The position numbers and the translations under genes were made by a program. A model generated the notes under the pieces. It saw only the letters and a program-made list of their open reading frames with translations, made no database searches and was not told where the DNA came from. A DNA stretch of 64,000 nt. Source: Methanobacteriota archaeon. Lineage in GTDB: Archaea > Thermoplasmatota > Poseidoniia > Poseidoniales > Thalassarchaeaceae. This document shows, piece after piece, positions 28,498 to 36,680 of the stretch; positions within the stretch are counted from its first letter, which is position 1, and every line of letters begins with the position of its first letter. The stretch covers positions 683 to 64,682 of the forward strand of contig JABIGF010000014.1 in NCBI GenBank assembly GCA_018650285.1, read 5' to 3'.

Positions 28498-30636
28498 ATG
28501 AAGGGGCAAATGAGCAGTTTTGATGTCGCTAGAATTGTCGCTGAACTGCGCCCATACATTGGTTCACGCGCTCGGAAATCATATCATCCTCATTGGGAAC
28601 AAGTTGTACTACGTCTCAATCCAAAAGAAGAAGCGCAGGTCGACTTGGTTGTAGTGCGCGGTAAGAGAATATACCTATCACGACGGGATAGGCCAATGCC
28701 TCCAAACCCTTCCTCATTCTCTATGCTTCTACGTAAACACTTGATGAATGGACGATTTGTTGATGTGCGACAACACTCTTTTGACCGTATAATAACTCTT
28801 GATTTTGAAACTAGAGATGGGATTCGAAGTCTAGTTATTGAAATGTTTCGCGACGGCAATGTATTGCTTCTTGACTCTGAAGGAGTCATTATTCAGCCGC
28901 TAACTAATGTAAAATATGCAAAAAGGGTGTTGAAGCGAGGTGAAATCTATGAATTTCCGCCTGCACAAATTGATCCAAGAACTCTATCTGTGAAAGAATT
29001 AGTTCCACTACTAGCAGATAGTGATGCAGACATTGTCCGAACTTTAGCAAGCAGAGCAAATCTTGCAGGCACTTATGCTGAAGCCATCTGTGAAATTGCT
29101 GAGATTTCTGCTGACCGTTTAGCTGCTGACCTAGAAGAAGATGACATTGAAGCCTTGATTGAAGGCCTGCATTCACTAACTAGGCAACTCGATAATGGCA
29201 GTGGTGGTCACCTTCTGATGGAAAATGAGGCTAAAGCGAAATTATCTGAAGCAGGTGCAAATGCGTTAGCGCGCGACCAAGTATTTGATGAACATGCCAG
29301 TGAAGCGTTACCATTTTTATTGCCTGCAAATAATGACGGGTATTCAATTGAATTCCCTACTCTAGCTGCTGCGGTAGATGCAATGAAAGGCGGCTGGGAT
29401 GCAACGGCGATGGCTCGCCGCCTACAAGAAAAGGCGGCGCAAATGGTTGATGAGCGTCAACAACGAGACGATGGAAGTTCACTTGAGCGCCGCTTGGCTC
29501 AGCAAGAAAGAGCCATTATCGGTTTTGAAGCAAAAGGTGCATCCCAACAACAACTTGGAATCTCAATTCAAGATAATTGGGGCCATATTGATACTCTCCT
29601 CTCTCAAACTTTGTCAGCAATAGAAGCCGACGGGTGGGATAGCATTAGAGGAAAAGTTCGCAGCATAGAATGGATAGAATCACTTGACCCTGCCAAACGA
29701 ACAATGAAGGCATATCTACCTGATGAAAATGGCGAGCCAGACCAAAGAATTGAGTTGTATCTTGACCAGTCAGTACACCAAAATGCGCAACGGTATTTTG
29801 ATGCTGGACGGAAACAAAAGGACAAGACGATTGGTGCAAAAAGGGCAATTGAAGAGACACGCACTAAAATCGCTAGCAGTGAAAAGAAACGGGCAAAGGC
29901 TGACGCTGCCGGAAAACTTCACGCTACCAAGAGAAGCAAGCAGTTGTGGATAGAGAGACACCGATGGGCGGTAGTCGGAGAAGGACACCTCATTTTGGGA
30001 GGGAAGGATGCCAAAGGAAACGATGCGGTGGTGAACAAATACCTCAAGCGAGAAGACCTCTATTTCCACGCCGACTTACACGGCGCACCATCTTGTGCAC
30101 TCAAACTCAAAGAGGGACTTGAGACTGACCCACATCCTCTACCAGGATTACCCGACGGCGTCCCAGCATTACGTTTAACTCAAACATTTGAGACAGAAGA
30201 ATTCTCTGAAAAATGCATCAAAGAGGCTGCTGAGTTGGCAGTTGTTTGGAGCCGCGGTTGGTCTGGAGGCGGGGCAGCAGCGACTGCATTTTGGGTTGAA
30301 CCACCTCAAGTTAGCAAGACTGCAGAAACAGGTGAAGCACTTGGCCGAGGAGCGTGGATTGTGCGCGGAAAGCGCAATTGGTTACGCGATTTGACCATGG
30401 AGATGACCTTGGGGATGGCGGTCATCAACGGGATTCCACTACCACTTGTTGGATCTCATGATGCCGTTACAAAATGGTGCGAGCGCTGGGTCAGAATTGG
30501 CACTGGTACAGTCAAGAAAGAAGCGATGGCAAACAAAATTTCCAAGGCAACCGGTCTAGTTCAGGACGATGTCTTGGCCGCTTTACCGCCAGGAAATGTA
30601 CAAATTCTCAAAGACTACAACTTGTTAAAAGCATAA
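28498..30636 (+). CDS. NFACT-family protein (FbpA/RqcH/Rqc2 homologue, ribosome quality control)
   Basis: NFACT-N start MSSFDVARIVAELRPYIGSRARKSY, a central coiled coil, and the NFACT-R/DUF814 motif YFHADLHGAPSCALKL. The ATG at 28498 is preceded by a strong SD, GAGGAGGTGG. The ORF track begins at an upstream TTG at 28462. Confidence 0.85.
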   Translation: MKGQMSSFDVARIVAELRPYIGSRARKSYHPHWEQVVLRLNPKEEAQVDLVVVRGKRIYLSRRDRPMPPNPSSFSMLLRKHLMNGRFVDVRQHSFDRIITLDFETRDGIRSLVIEMFRDGNVLLLDSEGVIIQPLTNVKYAKRVLKRGEIYEFPPAQIDPRTLSVKELVPLLADSDADIVRTLASRANLAGTYAEAICEIAEISADRLAADLEEDDIEALIEGLHSLTRQLDNGSGGHLLMENEAKAKLSEAGANALARDQVFDEHASEALPFLLPANNDGYSIEFPTLAAAVDAMKGGWDATAMARRLQEKAAQMVDERQQRDDGSSLERRLAQQERAIIGFEAKGASQQQLGISIQDNWGHIDTLLSQTLSAIEADGWDSIRGKVRSIEWIESLDPAKRTMKAYLPDENGEPDQRIELYLDQSVHQNAQRYFDAGRKQKDKTIGAKRAIEETRTKIASSEKKRAKADAAGKLHATKRSKQLWIERHRWAVVGEGHLILGGKDAKGNDAVVNKYLKREDLYFHADLHGAPSCALKLKEGLETDPHPLPGLPDGVPALRLTQTFETEEFSEKCIKEAAELAVVWSRGWSGGGAAATAFWVEPPQVSKTAETGEALGRGAWIVRGKRNWLRDLTMEMTLGMAVINGIPLPLVGSHDAVTKWCERWVRIGTGTVKKEAMANKISKATGLVQDDVLAALPPGNVQILKDYNLLKA

Positions 30637-30683
30637 AAAACATAAAAAAAACCACCATTTGGAGCATTAAGGGAAGTGATGAT

Positions 30684-32435
30684 ATGAGGACTATTTCATT
30701 TTTCATATCAATAATATTCATTACCATGTTATTGTTTTCACAATTACCTGAAGACCATTTGGAATCTAAAGTGTTAACATCAGTGTATTCCAATGAATAT
30801 GATGGATACTATGTTAATTTAACAGATGTCAGCATTGTAGATTTACATTCAGAATTAAATGAATTAATATCAACAAGTCACACAAAAATATACTATGTAG
30901 ATAATTGGGACCATATTGCCGAATTTCATAAATCACCTTATGATGAAGGTAATATCACATTATTTTACACACAAAGGTCACATGATAGTAATGATTCTAG
31001 ATGGTATGATGGGGGTACACTAATTGGAAACGATGATTCTTGGAATCGTGAACATATTTGGCCTAAGTCTCATGGTGATTTCACTACAGATGATATTGTT
31101 GGAACAGATCTTCATAATATAGTCCCTACAGACTATTCAGTTAACTACGATAGGTGGGCAAAGGATTTTGGTGAAGCTAGTACCCCTCACAATGAATGTT
31201 CTGGATGCTATTATGCAGATTATATTTGGGAACCACCAAATATTGTCAAGGGCGATGTGGCGAGAATTTTATTTTACATGGATGTCAGGTATGAGGGTTT
31301 AGGAGATGAACCCTCATTAGAATTAGTTGACAAAACATCAACATATCCTACATCGTCATCTGGAAAAACTGAGTTGGGAAAACTTTGCACGATGTATCAA
31401 TGGCATGTGTTAGACCCTGTAGATAGCAGAGAACTTGAAAGAAATATGGCAATATTTGAGATTCAAGGAAACCGCAACCCATTCATTGATTATTCTGATT
31501 TTGTAATGGATATTTGGGGTGCAGATTGTGATTCAGATTTTGACAATGACGGCCTTTGGGGTATTGAAGATTCGGATGATGATAATGATGGTGTAGATGA
31601 TAACAATGATTCCTGCCTCAGAACAATTATTTCAAACGAAAGTGTGAACGATGACGGTTGTGGCCTTTATGAATTGGATTCTGATGGAGACGGATACACT
31701 GATGATGTTGATGCATTTGTCAATGACATCAGTCAATGGGCTGATTCAGATAGTGATGGATGTGGAGATAATTTAGAGGGGAACAATTCAGACTCACTGC
31801 CTAATGACCCCTCTGAATGTAATGATTCAGATGGAGATGGAATCGGTGACAATTCTGATTCATGCCCTGGTTTTGATGATGCAATTGATGTAGATTCGGA
31901 TAATGTTTCTGATGGTTGTGATGATTTTATTGACAGTGATAATGATGGAGTCATTGATGAAAATGATGATTGTGAAAATACACCATTAGGAATACAAACA
32001 ACACCAAATGGTTGCAACTTAATATTCAATTCAAATAATAACCCCAGTGGTGAATCAAAATTCCCAGTGATTGGAATATCAATCGTATTGTTGATTGTCC
32101 TGATAGCTATTGTATCCATCACAGTTGTTAGATCAAATCCGAATTTACTTCAAAACATATTCAATAAAGACACCACAGAAATTACACCATCAACTAAACC
32201 AGAACCGCCCAAACATTGGTCGGATGATGAGGGGAATAATTTCCGTAAAATGGGAGATAACCCTGTTCAAATTTGGGATGATGATGAAAAAATTTGGAAT
32301 ACTTTTGAAAGCGAAATTAAGAAACCTGAACTGCCAAAACATTGGTCAGATGGTGAATTTAATTATAGACAGATTGCAGGCGGACCAATACAAAAATGGG
32401 ATGATAATAACAAAAAATGGGATTCTGAGGGCTAA
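30684..32435 (+). CDS. membrane-anchored extracellular endonuclease I-family nuclease with TSP3-type Ca-binding repeats and a cytoplasmic tail bearing two WW-like repeats
   Basis: Signal/anchor ISFFISIIFITMLLF. Endonuclease_1 signatures WNREHIWPKSHG, DLHNIVPTDYSVNYDRWAKDFG, KGDVARILFYMDVRYEG and QGNRNPFID. Asp-rich repeats (DSDGDGYTDDVD, DSDGDGIGDNSD). TM VIGISIVLLIVLIAIVSITVV. The ATG at 30684 was chosen because the upstream part of ORF 30474.. overlaps the NFACT gene. Confidence 0.85.
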   Translation: MRTISFFISIIFITMLLFSQLPEDHLESKVLTSVYSNEYDGYYVNLTDVSIVDLHSELNELISTSHTKIYYVDNWDHIAEFHKSPYDEGNITLFYTQRSHDSNDSRWYDGGTLIGNDDSWNREHIWPKSHGDFTTDDIVGTDLHNIVPTDYSVNYDRWAKDFGEASTPHNECSGCYYADYIWEPPNIVKGDVARILFYMDVRYEGLGDEPSLELVDKTSTYPTSSSGKTELGKLCTMYQWHVLDPVDSRELERNMAIFEIQGNRNPFIDYSDFVMDIWGADCDSDFDNDGLWGIEDSDDDNDGVDDNNDSCLRTIISNESVNDDGCGLYELDSDGDGYTDDVDAFVNDISQWADSDSDGCGDNLEGNNSDSLPNDPSECNDSDGDGIGDNSDSCPGFDDAIDVDSDNVSDGCDDFIDSDNDGVIDENDDCENTPLGIQTTPNGCNLIFNSNNNPSGESKFPVIGISIVLLIVLIAIVSITVVRSNPNLLQNIFNKDTTEITPSTKPEPPKHWSDDEGNNFRKMGDNPVQIWDDDEKIWNTFESEIKKPELPKHWSDGEFNYRQIAGGPIQKWDDNNKKWDSEG

Positions 32436-32492
32436 AATAACTATCTAGCACGAGGATTATATTAAAATAATATATAATTACTCCATTTATTC

Positions 32493-35402
32493 ATGCGCGG
32501 AATAGTGAAAGTAGTTTGCCAATTATCATGTCTTATGATATTTGTATTAATGTTGGCACCCTCTGCTACGGCTGAACCAAATGATACAGCGAGTGGAGCG
32601 ACAATTATCGGAACTGGAACTACATATTCATATGTTTGTTGGGATGATGATTGCTCATATGGAATAGACCATTATGATTATTACAAATTTTATGTATATT
32701 ATGGCGATGACGTTACTGTTTATGTTCAAAATACCTGTGACATAGATTATGTTAACGTATATTCAAAAATCTATGCTAATAACGGATGGGAAAGTGACTA
32801 CAGGCTAGGTACCGGCGGATATACATCATGCGGTTCTCCAACTGCTGTAACGTACGACTGGACACATACTGGTACCAATGGATATAGGTATGTGAAAATC
32901 ACGGGCATAGATGACGATGCCTCCTTTAACGGAGATGACCAAGCCAAAGTGAAGATTGTATTATCTATTGATTCCTCTGATCGAGATCGTGATTATGATG
33001 GATACGATGACGATGTTGATGATTGCAAATATGATGATGGTGATTCATATCAAGATAGAAATGGTTGCCCAGATTCTGATAGTGATGGTTGGTCAGATTA
33101 TGGAGATGATTGTCCCAATGATTACTATGAACATTTAGATACAGATGGGGACGGACATTGTGATGGAGACGATGAATTTCCAAATGATGATACCCAATGG
33201 GAGGATTATGATGGCGATAACCATGGAGATAATTCAGATGGAAACCAAGGAGACCACTTCCCCTACGATAACACACAATGGTATGACACAGATGACGATG
33301 GTTATGGTGACAACTCTGATGGAAATAATCCAGACCACTGTAGATTCGTAGAAGGATATAGTTCTCAAGATAGAAACGGTTGTCCTGATACTGATGGGGA
33401 TGGATATAGCAACCCAGATTCTACATTCCCTGCACATCCAATTGGAATTGCTGATGCATTCATATATGATTGGAATGAATGGAATGATACCGATAGTGAC
33501 GATTATGGAGATAATTCAGACCAATGTATAGAAGTTGAAGGAACTAGTGCATTCAAGGTGTTTCATAGAATTTGGAATGGGACATCAGAAGTAGGACCAT
33601 TAGCGATAGAAGTAGTTTCGTGGGACCATTATGGTGGAGATGCTAAAGATTTGACTGATATTATTTATTCACAAATGACTTTAGAAGAACTTGAAGAAGC
33701 AACAGAAATCTTAGAATATCTGAATTTTGATTATACGCCTCGAAACGATAACCCTTACCCTCTTGGTGCTGGTTCAAATTACTACTTCCAACATTACCCT
33801 GGATGTATTGATTCTGATGGAGACGGATTTGAAGATGATACCGATCATTTCCCCCAAGACTCAACTCAATGGGTTGATTCAGATGGCGACGGTTTTGGAG
33901 ACAATGCCATGCATCCAGCACTTGTAAATTATGACCCATCTAATTGCATGAATGAGATAAGAAATGCAATCAATAATGGAGAATATCAAACAAGCGCAAA
34001 AGGAATAGATGTGCTATTATGTGTGGCATGGGGTGCAGAAAATGATTTCATTGCAATTATGGACGAAGATTATGTTTGTGATAACGGCAACACCATTCCT
34101 CAAAGATGGGTTAATGATGAATGGGATGATTGTGGAGATAATTCAGATGAGGGTGTAGATGATTATGATTCTTTATTCAATCCAAACTCTAGATATTTTC
34201 ACCATCAAGATTATGATATCGGCTGGGCCATTCCTGGTGCATTTCAAAGCGATGATTGCCCCTTAGATTCGGGAACAAGCACAATGGATAGATTTGGATG
34301 TCTTGACACCGATGGTGACGGATATAGTGATGCTGACGCAAATTGGGCCATTGAGGATGGGGCTGATGCTTGGCCTATTGATTCTAGCCAATATTCCGAT
34401 ACCGATGGAGATGGGTATGGAGATAATTCAGCAGGTACACAGGGCGACTCTTGTCCGTTTGGGGATAGCACACAATCCTCTACAATAGACAGATGGGGTT
34501 GCACTGATACTGATGGAGATGGGTATAGTGACGCTGACGGCGGATGGTTAGCACACCCTGATGGTTCTGCAGATGCTTTCCCCAACGATGACACACAATG
34601 GCATGACATAGATGGAGACAGGCACGGAGATAACGCTGATGGAACCGATTATGATCATTTTACTATTGACCCTACACAATGGAAAGATGAAGATGGAGAT
34701 GGATTGAATAAATCTGAATCAACATCTCATTGTGGCGATGATGTAAACGGAAATAATCCCGATTTATATCCAAACGACCCTACTCAATGTAAAGATACTG
34801 ATGGGGATGGATTTGGAGATAACTCCGAAGGAACCACAATGCCTGATTTGTTCCCTCTTGATGCCACTCAATGGAGTGATATTGATGGAGATGGTTATGG
34901 AGATAATGGTATTGGAAACAATTCTGATTCATGTATTAGCAACTATGGGACATCAACTGTGGATAGATACGGATGTCCTGACTCAGATTCTGATGGCTAC
35001 AGTGACATGAATGGATTCTTTGCAACTGTCACAGATAAAGCAGGAAAGGGTGATATCGGTTCAATTTTGACTTTGGCTATTGTCCCATTCCTAGCAATTA
35101 TCATTATTACTGTTTTACAAATTTCTAAAAAGAAGAAAAATGATGATGGATTAAATCGAGATGATATCCATGAGGCAATGCAGGATGCTGTTGCATGGGG
35201 TCTTGATGAAGCAGCATATCAATCAACTGCATCTACATCTAGCCAACCACCACGAGCAGAAATGCCACCACCTAGTAATGAAAGGGCTTTACCACCAAAT
35301 TCAAACCAAGGTGATTCTGGAGAATGGATTGAGCAATATGACCAGCAAGGAAATATGTATTACTTCAACCCAGAAACACAAGAATCAAAATGGGAATTAT
35401 AA
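32493..35402 (+). CDS. secreted, membrane-anchored protein: PPC-like N-domain, about 20 thrombospondin-type-3-like Ca-binding repeats, an LDLa-like module, a TM helix, a Pro-rich segment and a C-terminal WW domain
   Basis: Signal peptide ending APSATA/EPND. The EPNDTASGA...HYDYYKFYV pattern matches the pre-peptidase C-terminal domain. The repeats D-x-D-x-DG-x-x-D (DTDGDGYGDNSD and similar) recur throughout. TM ILTLAIVPFLAIIIITVLQI followed by KKKKND. The last 27 aa form a WW domain. Confidence 0.85.
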   Translation: MRGIVKVVCQLSCLMIFVLMLAPSATAEPNDTASGATIIGTGTTYSYVCWDDDCSYGIDHYDYYKFYVYYGDDVTVYVQNTCDIDYVNVYSKIYANNGWESDYRLGTGGYTSCGSPTAVTYDWTHTGTNGYRYVKITGIDDDASFNGDDQAKVKIVLSIDSSDRDRDYDGYDDDVDDCKYDDGDSYQDRNGCPDSDSDGWSDYGDDCPNDYYEHLDTDGDGHCDGDDEFPNDDTQWEDYDGDNHGDNSDGNQGDHFPYDNTQWYDTDDDGYGDNSDGNNPDHCRFVEGYSSQDRNGCPDTDGDGYSNPDSTFPAHPIGIADAFIYDWNEWNDTDSDDYGDNSDQCIEVEGTSAFKVFHRIWNGTSEVGPLAIEVVSWDHYGGDAKDLTDIIYSQMTLEELEEATEILEYLNFDYTPRNDNPYPLGAGSNYYFQHYPGCIDSDGDGFEDDTDHFPQDSTQWVDSDGDGFGDNAMHPALVNYDPSNCMNEIRNAINNGEYQTSAKGIDVLLCVAWGAENDFIAIMDEDYVCDNGNTIPQRWVNDEWDDCGDNSDEGVDDYDSLFNPNSRYFHHQDYDIGWAIPGAFQSDDCPLDSGTSTMDRFGCLDTDGDGYSDADANWAIEDGADAWPIDSSQYSDTDGDGYGDNSAGTQGDSCPFGDSTQSSTIDRWGCTDTDGDGYSDADGGWLAHPDGSADAFPNDDTQWHDIDGDRHGDNADGTDYDHFTIDPTQWKDEDGDGLNKSESTSHCGDDVNGNNPDLYPNDPTQCKDTDGDGFGDNSEGTTMPDLFPLDATQWSDIDGDGYGDNGIGNNSDSCISNYGTSTVDRYGCPDSDSDGYSDMNGFFATVTDKAGKGDIGSILTLAIVPFLAIIIITVLQISKKKKNDDGLNRDDIHEAMQDAVAWGLDEAAYQSTASTSSQPPRAEMPPPSNERALPPNSNQGDSGEWIEQYDQQGNMYYFNPETQESKWEL

Positions 35403-35450
35403 TTGAAAACATTCTCTTACGAGATTGTTTGAATTATTTTTCTAGTTTCG

Positions 35451-36563
35451 CTAAGACAAGATGTCGTGTAATCTGTTCTTATCAGCAGCCTTGCGAATGC
35501 ATCTTGCAATACGACGGCCTACGCTCATGTTATCCTCATTGATATTCATGTACGGCGAGCCGCCAATGCTGACGTTACTACCCGCCACAATTCTAGCAGA
35601 TACTTCGAATACTCGGAATTCCAATTTGTCAGTGACGATTGCCTCAAGACAGAATGGTCCTATCATTCCACGTGCACCTTCCTCTAACTCAAGCGAAGCA
35701 GCAACTGCTCCCTCTCCTAGACGAAATGCTTCAGGGAGAAGTGACTCACGCAAAACTACCTCTGCGTTACCAGTCACTACAAATGATGGTTCCAAACCCA
35801 TATCTCTCAAATCTCTGAGTGAACCTAGTTTGTAGAATTCGTCAACATTTGCTTCGTCGCGGCGGTCAATCGTAAGCAATTCTAACCGACCTAGTTCTTG
35901 ACCATCTCTTGACATCATACCTTCAACTTGGTAGCCGTCATCACAAATTGGATCGTAAAAGAATTGCATGTAGTAGCGTGTACCCAAAATGTATTCTTGG
36001 ATTGTAAAATCCTCTTCTAAGTCGACATTACGCCTGAAATCTCTAAAATTTCTAGCTACGAAATAACCTCTGCCGCCTTTGGCACCAGCATATTTTACAA
36101 TAACTGGGCCATCAATATCATGAGGGTCATCAATGAGTTTTGGCATTGTACAACCACCCAATTCTAACCATTCACGCTGAGTATCTCTACCCGCCTCCCA
36201 CTTGAGAATACGGCGATTACCAAAAGTTGGTACTTGTAAGTCAATGAAATTGTCAGGGCCAAGATATTCCACTAGAGATCCGTGTGGAATGATAATGACA
36301 TTACGCTCTCTGAACCATTCTGCTTTGTCTAACATTTGCTTGTAATCATCAAGCATCAACCACTCATCAGGTTCAGCACCAGGGAACGCTTTGAACATCT
36401 TTCGGCGGCCTTCGCCAACAGCAATTCCAAGTGTCCTGAAACCCTCAGCACGAGCGCCATGAAGGATTTGAAGGGCTGAATGAGAAGCGACAACACCTAT
36501 CGTAATCTCATCAGGATTGTATGCGGAAAGCCACTCCGCCAGCTGCCCCGAGGTATCTGCCAT
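35451..36563 (-). CDS. purP: 5-formaminoimidazole-4-carboxamide ribonucleotide (FAICAR) synthetase, archaeal PurP
   Basis: Colinear with recalled M. jannaschii PurP: DEITIGVVASHSALQILHGARAEGF, IIIPHGSLVEY, VPTFGNRRILKWE, IVKYAGAKGGRGYF, GMIGPFCLE, FEVSARIVAG. Confidence 0.93.
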   Translation of the reverse strand: MADTSGQLAEWLSAYNPDEITIGVVASHSALQILHGARAEGFRTLGIAVGEGRRKMFKAFPGAEPDEWLMLDDYKQMLDKAEWFRERNVIIIPHGSLVEYLGPDNFIDLQVPTFGNRRILKWEAGRDTQREWLELGGCTMPKLIDDPHDIDGPVIVKYAGAKGGRGYFVARNFRDFRRNVDLEEDFTIQEYILGTRYYMQFFYDPICDDGYQVEGMMSRDGQELGRLELLTIDRRDEANVDEFYKLGSLRDLRDMGLEPSFVVTGNAEVVLRESLLPEAFRLGEGAVAASLELEEGARGMIGPFCLEAIVTDKLEFRVFEVSARIVAGSNVSIGGSPYMNINEDNMSVGRRIARCIRKAADKNRLHDILS

Positions 36564-36680
36564 TAGGAATGGGTGATAGGTCCACTAAATGAGCGTAACG
36601 CTTTAACTGCCTTAGAACCAACTAATGCACAGAGATAACATGAGGGAAGAGTTAGTTAAGTGAGTGACTAACGAAAGTCT

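Noticed and set aside
30474-30683. Long N-terminal extension of the endonuclease I ORF (70 extra codons).
   Set aside because: It overlaps the 3' end of the NFACT gene in another frame and encodes a basic non-hydrophobic peptide. The ATG at 30684 yields a normal signal/anchor sequence directly.
32956-35406. A series of 60-121-aa Met/His/Ile-rich ORFs on both strands inside the TSP3-repeat gene.
   Set aside because: They are alternate-frame readings of GAT/GGA/AAT-rich repeat DNA. None has a start context or motif, and the main frame is continuous for 969 codons.
36592-36672. Small palindromes in the purP/kynA divergent intergenic region: AGCGT-A-ACGCT at 36592-36602, and GTTAGT/ACTAAC at 36651-36672.
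   Set aside because: They are short (5-6 bp) and expected by chance at this length. Without conservation data they cannot be called operators. I note them only as possible regulator sites.
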